Assembly (NCBI RefSeq): GCF_009914755.1
Contig: NC_060927.1
Direction: 5' to 3' (one strand)
From: the human T2T-CHM13v2.0 reference genome, Homo sapiens
Length of the DNA stretch: 64,000 bases
The position numbers were made by a program, and so were the translations under genes. Positions 46,898-60,620 of this stretch are shown here, piece by piece. Position 1 is the stretch's first letter, and each line of letters begins with the position of its first letter. The notes under the pieces were generated by a model. That model did not search any database and had not been told where the DNA came from. It saw nothing but the letters and a program-made list of their open reading frames with translations.

Positions 46898-49090
46898 AAA
46901 AACCAAAAAAACAGAGGCATGGTACTTCTGTCTAGTGAGAAAAACTTTAAATTTAGCTATACAACAGAGAAATGAAGATTTTTGCTAATTAGGGTTTATA
47001 CTACTGACTAAAGATCTTCATTGGTCTCAGCACTACTACACCATAGAAAGCAAATTCTTTACCAGCTGGCCAGGAGCTGATCCAGGAAACCCACACCCAT
47101 GCACATAGCTTTGCCTTCTGCCCCCGACCCCCCTCCCAGTGTCCTGTCCAAATCTCACTCCCACGAGTGCTTACAGATGGAGTAAAAAGCAGACACAGTG
47201 TAAGGGGGTTGCATTAAGGGTGTTTCTATTGAGTCAACAGAAAGTAACAAGCAAAAACTGCAATTTAAAAGCACCAAGGCATAGAGAGACTTTAGGATTT
47301 AAAAAAAATAGAAAAATAAATAGATTTGAAATGTTTCCCCTTTTTTGTGAATGGCATAGGTCAGTTACTTCCCTGGGTTCATAAACTGAGAAGGCACCGA
47401 AGCTTGCACCTGGTTATCTTCAGCTTTTTCATGATCCAGCAGCATTTCTGTTATTTCACTTTAAGGGATTATGCCTGTCACTGCAGGACCAGCCCAGCAG
47501 GAAGCCAGGTCAGCCCAAGCTCAGGGTTCTGAGGTCATGGTTACTTCAGCTGGGGCCTTAGCATCAAGAAGGCAGCCCATTCTCTTCCTTTCAATTCACT
47601 GAGCAGGTTCTGAGACTCTGGTGTGCCCAGCTTGTGCTCAGGACCCAAAGGGACATAAAGAAGATGTAGGCCTTGCTCCTAGGAAGGAGACATCTAGTTG
47701 TGTCACTATACACCTACTGTGCAAAGGCCATTAATCAGTTGTCTGCAAATAAGAAAGCTAAACTGTCTGAGGGGGACCACTGAACACCTGCTTCCTTTAT
47801 GAGATCTTTTATCCAATTCACTGCATTTACTGAGTGTCTACTCTGCACAGAGCTATACAAATGTCTGTGTACTCTGTGTACACAAAGGCCTATATACTCT
47901 ATGCACAGAACTATACAAAGGATCCATGCCTTATTTTGCCAGGAAAAGAAAATATGAAGTTAGTAAAAGCTCAAGAATCAGATAAAACTACCATCAGGTA
48001 GAGAGGATTCACTGCCAATTAGAGAAGCAGGCACTTAGAGTGCAGACAAGGGGAGGGGGCTTGCTCACCTATTCAGAAGGCAGGTGGAAGTGGCCATGGG
48101 CTGTGAAGGACAGAGGGGGTTTGAACAAGTGGAAAGCATGATGGGGGAACAACATAAACAAAAGCAAAGGTTTGAGTGGAAGGTCACCTTCTCTCTCTGG
48201 GCCTCCACCTGCCAGCATTTTTCTCTCCTCTCATCACAGGCAATACAACGGCATCTTCCTTCTTCATCTTGTACATTGTGATCTTAGGAGAGTCTCTTTT
48301 GGTTTTCTTGTTTTCCAACCAGCGCCTCATGATAAACTATGCACATTTCACTCTTGAGTGGAGGAAGTATACTAAAACATTAAGTTGGAAAAACATAGGC
48401 ACCACGAGAGTAAAAACAAATGACCATGACCGTCTTTCCAAAGAAGGTAACTACCCAGCCAAATGAGATCATCTACACCAGCAGGAAGATGGGGGAGGAC
48501 CAGTAGGGCCTGTTACGGTGGTGAGAATGTCCCTGATTTCTTCACAGTGTAACCTACAATTTTCTGATGCTTTAAATGATATGTTTTTCATTAAAGTACA
48601 GCTTGACATCATACGCTCAGTCCCTAGTGACTAAAAGATGGGTATAATGGCAATATTCTCCCAGAAATTACAAAGATAACCACCCCTTTTCAAAAAAAAT
48701 GACAATATCAGAGGTTGTTCACTCAGAAAAGAAACCCAGGAGGTGGGGGTATCTGGGGAGTTTGAAGAATGAAAATGAGCTACAGGTAAACTGGAGACAG
48801 AAAAAACTTTTCAAAACCTAAATATAAATACTTCACTGGTTTCCTAAAAGAAAGATCAGAATTGAACTCCATTTATCAAAAGGAAATCAGATTTCATGCT
48901 GTTATGTGATAAACACATACTTTTGATGCAAACACTTATCCATTCAGTAAATTCTAGAATATACGTTATTGTTTTGGTGAAAATGGTTTCAAAGAGACTA
49001 AAACTGCATGTGAGGAGAAAAGTTTATGACACTGAAGAGGGTGTTTTTAATAAAAGGATGGATTTTATTTTATATATAAAATATATAATA

Positions 49091-49488
<398 letters not shown>

Positions 49489-51499
49489 TCAGGTCTTTAT
49501 CATATCCCAGGAAAAATCACTCTACACAATGTTTGGGCTCCTGGACCTCCACTGGCTAGGACCATTGGCTTTAGCACACCATAAGCATGGGCAGGGGGGG
49601 GCTCCCCAAGAACAGACTGCTCTGATCTTTCTCATTCTCTCTGTAGGCAGCAAATTTACAGCATTCCAATCACGAGTAGTACCATTATACCTCATAAATC
49701 AATACAGACAACTCTTCAAATTCGATTCTTAAATACAAGTTTGCAGCTAATTCCTGCAAGAATTTCATTATTAACTGAAGTGCAATTTAGAATCTTTGAT
49801 TGAAATGCCTGCCCGCTACAATCCCCAGTTCTCTTTAACTAGATTACCCCACATATGTTGAAAAAATGTATTAACCTTAAAGAGAGTTATATTTACATGC
49901 ATATATACATATATATATATATATATACATACAAGAAAACATACATAGAATAATAATATATGTTACCTCCTCTGTTAACAAAGAGCAAAAAGAAAGTAAC
50001 AGGTGAAAGGCAGACTTCAGGGAAAAGAAGCTGACAGTCAACAGGGTAGAAGTCTGGGGATTTCTGAATAAAAGAAAAAGGTTACCTGAAATGTGTTTTT
50101 TGGCAGTCATGTGTAAAGTACATTTTACATAGTTTTAAGCTGTTTCTAATGGTTTCTTCCTCTCTGTCTCACTTTACCTGGATTAGTGAGGACAGATCGT
50201 TTGACTATTTCAAGGCTATTGAGAAATGGTCTTGACAGTGCATGACACTTTCAGAGGGACACAGTAAAAGACACAGAAGACAGGGACATCCATTAGCCAG
50301 CCTAGCAATCAGAGGGACCCCCGACTCAGCAGCCAGATTCCCTTTTCATCCCATTAAGAACAGGACCTTTAAGGACACTGTGGCAATGTTTCACGTAAGG
50401 GCTCTTGACTAAATGCAATCTCTTGGTCAACTGGTTTAGGAATAACTATATAAAACAGGTCAGTACCTGGTAACATTGCATTTACATGCTAGGCTTTCTG
50501 CCCTACTGTTTCCAAGCTTTTCATAAGGTAGATCAGCATAGAATTTTTGCTTTGGGGCTATTTATTTTATTTCTTTTGGTGAAATGACTTTTTAAAAAAA
50601 GAGGGTTGGAAATAAATCCCCGGCTTCTAGGAGGGGGAAAAAAGGATGATCTAGAACCTTCTCCATTTACCCTCACATCCTGAGCAATCTATTGGAAGAA
50701 CGTGTCTTGTTACAGAAAGTCCATAGGGTACTTTCAGGAGCAAATTACACCAAATCCCTGGCCTTTTAATTTACCTTATTACATCAAATGCACTTTTAAA
50801 TAATGCCAAGAAATTGCCTCCATGGTCATTTATGATTAGTCTCTCTCATTTTTTTCCTATAGAGTCTCTACTACCTCTTATGTCCTCTTGCCCGTATTCT
50901 GGCACCTGGTCACTGGCTACCCACCTTCTCTGTAGTTTCCAGAGCCCACACACGTCCAGGACCCACTAAGGGAAGCTGCTTCCAAATTCCTGATTATTAA
51001 CATAATTAACACCTCTTCATTGTAGAATAGGCCGGTAGTCACCTTTCAACTGCAGCAATTATGGAAATAAGACAGCCAGATGTGTAGTAATTTCATAATA
51101 ACTATACACCTATGAAGCACCAGAGGAGACTGCAGGTTTCAGACCTGCTTAAGAATGCAGTGATGCTAATTAGGATGATAAGTTGTATTTATGCGGCGCC
51201 ATCCTGCCCCAGCAACCCAAACTATAATAGCATCAAGGCATACAATTAACAGTCACATATAAAGAGGTACAACATTCAGAACATAAGAGGAACCTTTTCA
51301 GAAAGGAGCACAGGCAGAGGGAAAGCTTAAGACATGTCAGCATTTATTTTCTTGCGGAACAGGCTGTTCCAGTGAGTCAGAGGTGACGGCACAAAAATCA
51401 AAGTCAAACATCTCTCTTCTTAAGTCGTTTGGAAAGAGGGACTATACTACTGACAAAGATAAAGACTTGGCAAGTCAGAGCCTGAGACTGGGAAAAATG

Positions 51500-52180
51500 G
51501 TGGATATGCCAGATGTCAGACCCCTGCAGGATGCAAAATGATCTGAAGAGTGGAACGGCCAGCCCTAAAAAGATGCAACTGAATGGGATAAATGCAGGGT
51601 TCTACAGTGAAAGACAAAAAACCTACTCCTGTCGAACATTATGGGGAGTTCTCAGCAGCATGTGCAAAAAGACAATCTCTGGGCACTTTGAGTCCACAGA
51701 GTGATATGGCTTCTAGAGGTGGCCCTGTGACCCTGGCATCATCAATAGAAAAACCATGTTAGGATTAGTAAGAGGGCCAACTAGCTCTGTTTCCTATTAT
51801 CAGACCACAGATGGAGAATCATGTTCACTTCTGACCAACGCATTTTCAGAGGGATGCAAAAAACGAGACAGTAGACAAAAGAGACCAGAGGAGTGGAGAG
51901 TGTAGAAACCAGGATGAGAAAAGAAGCAGTTCAGAGGAGAAATGAGAGAGGCAAGAGCAGAGAGAGGTGACTGCAACATACTGATAGTTTCTAGAGTTGT
52001 ATTAATTCTACGTGATGCCAGTGAGCAAAATTAGATTCCACTGGTAGAAGTTACAGTGAGAAATTGCAGGCTTCGTAGAAGGCAATATATGTAAATCCAA
52101 TATAAACTCTTGAAAGGTGCTGAGCTTCCTGATACGAGATTTGTTTAAATAGAAAGTGGACAATCCCTTACAGTTCTCGG
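51500..52180 (+). mobile_element. L3/CR1 ancient LINE fragment
   Basis: gggataaatgcagggttctaca; tcagaccacagatggagaatcatgttcacttctg...cattttcagaggga. Confidence 0.55.
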
Positions 52181-52369
52181 GATTGAACTGATCCCCCAGG
52201 CAGAAGTAAGGGTGAGGCTGGCTCTGGGATTTAGCCAAGGAGAGAAAGCCCCACGGAGTGGGGTGGGCACGTGGTGCTGAACAACCAGAAATCCACAGCC
52301 ATGTTCTTATGTGGGTTCAGACACATGATATTCTCTGGTTCCTTATTCCTTTATTTGATTTTTTGCTTT

Positions 52370-52680
52370 TACATTTTTTACTAAATTAACAAATAAAATT
52401 GATTTTGTTTATAGTTCTACGAATTTTAACATGTTAATCTCATTCACCACCACAATCAAGATAAAAAACTTTCCACCACTGAAAAAATTCCTTTGTGCTG
52501 CCCCTCCTCCCAGACCCTAGTAATCACTGATATCTTCTCTGTCTCCATAGTTTTGTCATGTTGAGAATGTCCTATAAATTCCATTTGAATTACTTAGTAT
52601 GTAAGCTTTTGATACTGGCTTGTTTCAGTCAGTAAAATGCTCTTGAGATTCATCCAAGTTGCTGCAACGTATCAATACTA
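52370..52680 (-). mobile_element. L1MC/MD-like 3'UTR fragment
   Basis: caccaccacaatcaagata...ctctgtctccatagttttg...ttgagattcatccaagttgctg. Confidence 0.7.
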
Positions 52681-53029
52681 CAAATTCTTAAACAGAGTAT
52701 GATGGGGAACATCAACTGGCTACTCTGAAATCTCTGTTTTTTCAGGTTTTCCAAATTTGGCTCAATCTGGGGAGCAGTGACTTCAGTTTAAAGATTATTA
52801 TAGTATCCACTGCCTCTAGTGATCTCTTTGTATTGATGTTTACTTTTACAGGAACTTTAATTCTAGACAAAAAATGCATGCTCATTGAAAACGGCCAAAT
52901 GCTTCAGTTCAATACATATATACATGGATAAGAGAATAAAAATTTCCCTTTACAACTTTCACCATTAATGGTTTGACAACAATTCCTCATAGACTCTTTT
53001 CTGAACTTATTTTGTTACGTTTGAAAGAA

Positions 53030-53260
53030 ATCTATAAAAAATTGAATCTCACCATAGTTGTACAACCCAGTGTCATAAACATCTTTTCCTATCAATACAT
53101 CTAGCTCTACCTCATTATTTTTAAGAACTGCACAGTATTCCACTATAAAAATGGACCAAAATTTACATAATAGATATTCCACTGACGAACATTTAGATTG
53201 TTTCCAAGTTTTCACTAATACAAGGTAGCAATAAACACCTTTCTTTATATATCTTAGAGA
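53030..53260 (-). mobile_element. L1ME-like fragment
   Basis: ctctacctcattatttttaagaactgcacagtattccact...acatttagattgtttcca. Confidence 0.6.
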
Positions 53261-56089
53261 TTTTTAATCATTTGAGTGAAAAAATAAAGCTCTTCATAAG
53301 AAAGGGTATTTATTAGAAGAGCATATTAGATTTGACAAATGGTATTTAGGAAATAAAAATACAAAAACATATGAGATTACTGACCTGAATTAAAATTCCC
53401 TAACTTGTACTAACAGGAAGATGTTTCAGATTAATATCACATTAATTGACCTTATTCCACAGGCCTAGTGGTTCCTCTCTACATAGTTAAACTTGTTTCT
53501 CCCCTGAAGTAAAGAGCTGTTTCCTGCCACAGATCTCACAATCCTGCTGTCGCTGAGCTTTCTGCACTCAGTGGACTGGAGACAATGCCAGAGAGATTAG
53601 AATTTGCCAGCACAAGGATGTGCCCTATCTCTCCAAACCCCTCACTCCTATTTCCTCCTTATTTCATTCAACCAGCTTCTATCCGCTTGCCTCCTCTCCC
53701 AAGCTTCTGGAGTCTCAAAATGCTTTCCCAAGGAAATTAACCCTATACTGACTGCCTTTTCCAAGTTTTACAAATTATCTGACAATCTGAGCACTTCTGG
53801 ACATTTTCCAAGGCTGGCCACTACTCACATCCCATCCCAATTCCTCAGGCAATGCTTACCTAGACATTTCTTACAGGCAAAACTAAAATTAGGTTATGGC
53901 TAACTACTCTCCCACTTTTCTGCAAACCTATTCAGGAATGAGGATTCAGGGACACCAATGGAGCATGGAAATGCAGTTACAAAAGCCATCAATGACGCTG
54001 TAAGAAGCTGTACATCACCCTGGTGAGGGGTGACTGGTTAGTCAGAGGGTCAGAGCCAAGTCATAGGCTGAGAAGCCATGTTTACCCCTAAGTCATCTAA
54101 AAATATCCAAAGAACCCTTTGTCCCCAGCACTTTGTGGTTTGAAAGACCTTTTATTATGGTAACACTTAGGCCTCATAGTAGTTCCAGGCAGCAGAGCTG
54201 AGGCTCTGGGAGTAGTCTAGCCAAGGCCATGGCAGTAGTCTGAGGTTCTGGGTTTTTACAATGTCATGCTGTCATGCTTACATTGGCTACAGAGGTCAGA
54301 GAGAAGCAGGGTGAGGAGGTCAAAGGAAGGTGGAAGAGGCCAGGAGAAGTGGCCAATCTCTGCCAGTCTCTACTGGGTGTCATGTGAGATCTGCAGCTTA
54401 GCATTTGGCATTGCAGTTTCCCAAGACTAAAGGGTCTGCTTATTTAACACATACACACCTCCTGAAAACACCAAAGCAGCTTCAAGGCCACTGCTCTTGG
54501 GCTGTTACTAAACTCCCTAGTGAACTCTTTTAGGCACAGTAGCCACTTGGGTGAAAGAAGGCAGCTACCCGCAAGCCAACTTGGATATCTGTTAGCACTG
54601 TAGGTCTGGCGGGCAAGTATTCATTAGGGTTCAAGATCTAGTTAGTCTGACTTGTACCAAGCAGATGTCCAGCTGGGGGCAGGGAGCACTTCTGGCCCAC
54701 AACTGAGGAAATGGCACAGCAGTGATGCATGTAAGAGACATTAAGAGAGCAGAAACACTTGGCCAAGTCAGTTCACACTGGGTGTGTACTCTAAGGTTCT
54801 CGACAGCTAATCTACTCCAATTATCTAAAGCAAATGGAGTGTTCTTGGGATAATAATGTGTGCAATTACAGAATAAAACCTGACTGTTTAATATTAATTC
54901 CTTGCCTTTAGATCCTTGGTAAAAAGTGAAAACAAGAAGAAAAATATCTGTCTAAGGTTTTTCCAATGCTTTTTATTTCCTGTCCAATCTCCAATCCCAG
55001 GATACCGAAAGTGTCACAACATCATTTAGGATTCCTCGGTTTTTCATTTTATTCTATATTTATTTACACATTTTCTTAATTATTTTACAGATTCAAGGTA
55101 GAAATAAACTTTTTTTGTGTGATCCTCTTCCCTCACCACTCACCATCATCTTTGCCAAATTCACAGAATCTCTAAAGTTGTTTTGAGACGAATTTCTTAG
55201 CACTTAGTTTCATCCATCTGGATCGTTTAATGAGTGTTCCCTGAAAATTCAATTAGTCTCTGTTTGACTGGCTGTCAATTACTTCTGATTCTTCCTTGGT
55301 GCCTTATAAACAGCAGGTGATCAATGGATGTTTGTTAATATGGATTAAGTAGATATAAGATTAGAAGGAAATATACCAAAATTATAACTAATAATTTATC
55401 TAGGACTATGGTATGATTTTTCTTTTCACCTGACTATCTTCCAAAGCTTTCTATATGCTAAAATAAATAGTTGTTAAAATAAAATGTGAAATTGTATAGG
55501 CTGTAGAAATACAAGCCATTAATTAAATTTAGATCTTGGGATGTCCAATCTTAAAAGTTCATGACTCTTTCTTTAGTACCCATTGGAAATCTGAGTGTGG
55601 CCACTGTGTAGAGTGCAGGATAGGGTTGATTGCTCTAATAAGCAGAGATTCTCCAGCCAAGAGGAAAAAAAAAAACAAAAAACAAACCAAGAAACCTATG
55701 TTTCCATTTCAAAGCTTATCTATTCCAAAAGCACCGATTATAAAGCAGATCTGGGGCTACAATAACATTTGTGAATTCCAATCAAACATTCAAATGATTT
55801 TAGGAAAGTTCTGGAAAATAGTTAACTCCAAGCATGAATCAACTTGATTTCATCATGGTTATGACACTTTGTGCTACAAAAGGATGATATTTTCAGCTTC
55901 CCACCTTCCCAATGGCAGTCTTGATGGGAAGCTAGAAATCTTAACTGCTCAACGGGTTAAGTCTGTACTGCTTTGCTTGGATGAGCAGATGGCGTGGCAG
56001 GCAATATAAAAGTCACTTAAGATCTTTTCTTTAAGAAGGTTAGTACTTATCTTTGAAATCTTTAGACAACTTTAACCAAAATTTAAAGA

Positions 56090-56384
56090 ATCTTATATTT
56101 TTGTAATAATTTCCACTTTTATTTTAGATTCAGGGGGTATATGTGCAGGTTTGTTATGTGAACATATTGTGTGATGCTGAGGTTTGGGGTATGATTGATC
56201 TTGTCACCCAGATAGTGAGCACAGTACCCAATGGTTAGTTTTCAACCCTCTCCCCTGACTCCCTTCCTTCCCCCTCTAGTAGTCCTCTGTGTCTATTGTT
56301 GCCATCTTTATGTTCAGGAGTACCCAATGTTTTGTTCCCACTTACAAGTGAGAACATGCAGTATTTGGTGATCTGTTTCTGCGT
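56090..56384 (-). mobile_element. L1PA15/16-like 3' end
   Basis: ttagattcagggggtatatgtgcaggtttgtt; TSD-like tttaaccaaaatttaaa (56071-56087) vs tttaaccaacttttaaa (56384-56400). Confidence 0.82.
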
Positions 56385-57214
56385 TTAACCAACTTTTAAA
56401 AATATTTTCTAGTCATCTCATCTGAAACAAAGAACAAATGTTTTTCCAACAAAGCATTGCACAGTGAGATCCAGAGGATGCGATAATAACACACTTCTAG
56501 GTAATTTATGCAAAGCCATGATAAACCCCAACAACATGAGAAAGAATCTTTCTTGAAGGTTCCATCTGTATCAGAAGCAGAATAAATTGAAGATATCATC
56601 TACAGGTATTTCAGAGTAAGCACTGAATTGGATCCTGTGGACAAATGTGGCCTAGACAGTTTCAAAATGAAAACTAATGGCCAGTGGGACCATGGAAGTT
56701 AATGTTATGACAGCAAAGCCCAAGCTACCACACGCAGCCTCAACATGCCTGTACTCACAAAGAGGATCTGGTGCTTGGCAGTCACTGCTCATTTCTATCT
56801 GTGATTGGGATACCTTTTACATTCCTTTCAACAGAGACATACTGTAAATTGCTGAAAAATTAGTTCTGAGAAGTTGGATACAAATCAGATTTGGGGGATC
56901 TCTACTGGGCACTGGCTTGGGGAAAGAGAACCAAAATCAGCGGATGTTTCTCACTCACCCTGGCCAGCATTACTCTTTCTTTGTCTTGGTGTCTGCTACC
57001 TTTTTAGTCCTGAAATCTTGCACATCTTACCTAAGGGTAAGCAAGGGTAGTGCCACCTTGTGACAAGTTTCATTTTTCTTAGTCTAAAACATTTCTTTTA
57101 TTCTTTTGTGATCTAGGCAAGAGTTGAACAGAGCTGTTTTACTCTTCACCTGTTTGCTATGTAGGATATATAGACAGGGCTGGGATGCTGGCTGTTCGGG
57201 ATAGAAACAGTAGA

Positions 57215-57370
57215 AAATAAACCAATTTGGCAGCACATCAGAATCGCGGGGAACATTAAGAATTCAGAATCCTAAACACCATGACTCAGTGATTCAGTTA
57301 GTCTGGACTGTGGCTCAACTGACTCCAAAGAAGCTTGGGCCATGGATTGGTATTGGGGATCTACTGATCT
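57215..57370. mobile_element. MER5-like relic
   Basis: tttggcagcacatcagaatc...gattcagttagtctgg. Confidence 0.4.
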
Positions 57371-60300
57371 AGGTGAAATAGTGCCAAGTTAATAAAGCTT
57401 CCAGACTTGGTTTTCTTATTTTAATACAACATCTTATTTATTATAAGATGTCAAGATCTTGAGAGGAGAATAAAAGTTCACAGGACAGGATAACTAAGAA
57501 ACACACGCAGATTCACACATGCGCACATACACACACACCGGCAAAACTGAAGGTAGGACAAGGTCACATTTGCAGAATTGCTTCTTCCCCAATTGTGTAT
57601 TATGAGAGATGGTTGCTGTGGTGATGGGAAGAGGGCTAAACACGGAGGGCTTGTCACAGGGGCTGTAAACTGGCAAGGGCTTAACCTATAGAAATCTTGT
57701 TGAAATTATCTCTGCGAATTGGGTTGAGAGGCTGCCTCATCTAGTCTCCATCAGAGGCCCGTTGCATCTCTTCAGGTTCTATTAGTCACTCGTATTGGTT
57801 GTTTCTATCATCCTGAGGGGATCCCAAGCCTCTGCTACAAAGAGAGAATGTCCCACCCGACATCCTAGGATTCTTCCAGCTCTAAATTTATGAACCTATA
57901 TGATGACTCTGGAGGATTTTTTATGGGCTATTTTTCTGCACAGGCCATGTGGGAAAAAAATTGGTACACATACTTTAAAGCATGCCCATAAATATATATA
58001 AAAAGTGAGCCACAGGAAGCGACACTCTGGTGTGGGCTGTGCAGGTACTCCTCTCTGCTGGAGCCTGCTGCGTCTCCTCCTCCACTTCCAGGGCTCTCCA
58101 AATGGGGCAGCAGGAAGTCTGCTTGTGAGGCTACATACCATTAAAACAAAGAGTTCTAGGTCTTTGAAGTGTACTGCCTACAGAAATATGTCTGAGATGT
58201 GTATTTTAATACATGAAAACATATTTGAACATTTGTGGAAAAGAATTAACCACAAATAGCAAAGTAAGTTTCATGTTTAATTAACTTCTGTTTTAATTCA
58301 TCCTTTGAAGAAGTAGAGATAAAGAAAACTCAAAGAGGGAAGGAAGAAGTGAACAGGGCAGAAGCTGCCCCAAATGTCATAGCTAGAGGGGAAGGGACTG
58401 CCAAAATGGTGGCCCATTTACCAGGGATGAGAATTTAAGGCAGGATAAAAGATATAGAGTTGAGGATGAAAGAGAGAAAGGTCAACAAAAGTAAACTGCT
58501 ATTTACACAAATAAGAAAAACAAAACTTTGACCATTCTACACTGATTTTTTAAAGATGTTTTTAGTAAAGGCACACAATTTCTTCTTTATAATAGTGTTC
58601 TTTGCAAGACAAGTAGAACGGATAATTAAGTCATGAACCAATCATATTAAGTATCCTCATTAACAGTGAAGTTTTAAATTAGCTTAATTTAAATTAGGCA
58701 CTGAGCACAGGTCATTTAATGCTGGTTAACTTCACAGTAAAGATGATCTGCTCCTTGTAAAGAATCACATTTCATGGCCTGGAATTTAAAGACTGATGAC
58801 AGAAATCAGCAGCAGCTTAGAATCCCTATTTTCATTTATTTAATAAGTTCCTGACTATTTAGGTAAGAATAACTCCATCTTCATATTATCATCAAGTTTA
58901 ATGGGGTTGGAAATTGGTAAAAATATATCTTGGTGGTAACTTATGTTTCTTGGGAACACACTAAGAAATGGAGAAATAGTGAGATAAAGACTTTTTCCCC
59001 TTGCAAAAACATCACAACCACTGATGACACAAGATATAAGAAAATTATGGCCTGTGATGTGTGTAAACAGCTATTTTGTTGAAGAACACTGCCTGATGCT
59101 AACCTATCCCATGGAAATTGGTAACTACAAAACAGCTGTGTCCTAGACGCATAAAAAATTTATAGGAGTTAGATGTCAGCAGCATGAGGGCAAAAAAAAA
59201 AATGTTCTTGGTTTTTAAATATCACCAAAATTCTCATCTCAAATTATTTATTCTTTTAGATATTTAAAAGAGTCCATCCCAAGCCTCTAAGGGAATATGT
59301 AAAGGTGGAAAGGAACACGTCAACATCAGGTAACCCAAATAAAAATGCTCTACATTCTTTTAAAGAAATAGTTAACCTGTGAAAAACAGGTTAAACACAG
59401 GAAAAACTGTGCCACAGCCACAAGCCTGTCCTAGAACAAGGCTTTCTGAAAAATACAGGGATATTCAGAGGAAGGGAGGAAGGAACAAGCTATGACAGCT
59501 GAATGCCTATGTGATCTTTGCCATGAAGAACCGTCCTTGACCTAAACTTACTCAGCTCTGGAGACCAGGCTAGGCCAAGAGTGTAAGTGAGAGAATGAGG
59601 GCTCAGCTCACCATCCCCGGCAACATGTCTGGACTCCCCAATAGGACCCCAGTTCTGCTACCAGGAAAACCATCACAACAATGAAACTATCTCTGGAGAA
59701 AAACACTTTCTGTACAAATCAATTAGCAGGAGCTCTGGGAAAATAACATGCAGCAAAGTGTCCTCTACAATCAGTTTAAAGCTTATAAGGAAACGTATCT
59801 GAAAATGATGGAGGGAGAACTTCAAGCTCCCTCTGAAACACTCTTCAATGTTACTGGGGTCCAAATTAGGGAAGAAAAAGTGTGTCAGAGGAAGGTCCTA
59901 TGGACTTCTATTCTGTGTCACTTCTTCTGGACAAGCACAGAAGTCTACTTCTCCTCACTGACTCTAAGGGAAGAGTCAACACATGCCTTATGGCGTAAGG
60001 CGAGAACTTGCTGGTACAGGCAGGCATGGGCTGATTCAAAGGCGCAGAAGAAGAAACAACATCTGAAGCTCTTATTTTACTCTAAAGCTCATGACCACCT
60101 CCTTTACAAATGCCCGTGGTGTGTGTCTTTGGCCATACCACTAACTCTCTTGGATAGGTCTCCAGCATTTCCACAAAGCCTGGGATTGGATGGTACCTGG
60201 AAGGACTGGGTCTCCTGGGCAGTCTGGAAGACTGGCGGTTCAAATCAACGCTCGCTGTGTATCTGGAGCATATGGGATGCACTAATCAGGAAGCTGTGTG

Positions 60301-60429
60301 ATTACAGCTCATTGTCAGTAACATGGAGGAGCCTAACCAATCTGGAACTCAGCTTCTTCATCTATAAAACCAGGGGGCTATACTGCAGCTGTGAACCATT
60401 CTAAGAATACTAATGACACTAACTTGGTA

Positions 60430-60620
60430 TGAGAAATGCTGTGCAGGTCACATTTTCTCAAATGTCATCTTATTGGATTGTCACAAAAATACCTCTACTT
60501 GGGCCTTAGCTCCATTTTCTAGATGGGGAAACTGAGGCTCAGAGAGACTACATGCCGCATCATGAATCAACAGCAAATTCAGGTCTTAGATCCAGGTCTT
60601 ATGATTTAAGGTCCTATATT
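60430..60620 (-). mobile_element. MIR
   Basis: ctccattttctagatggggaaactgaggctcagagag. Confidence 0.75.

Noticed and set aside
52261-52281. REST/NRSF site (cgtggtgctgaa)
   Set aside because: Only one half-site matches; the GGACAG half is absent.
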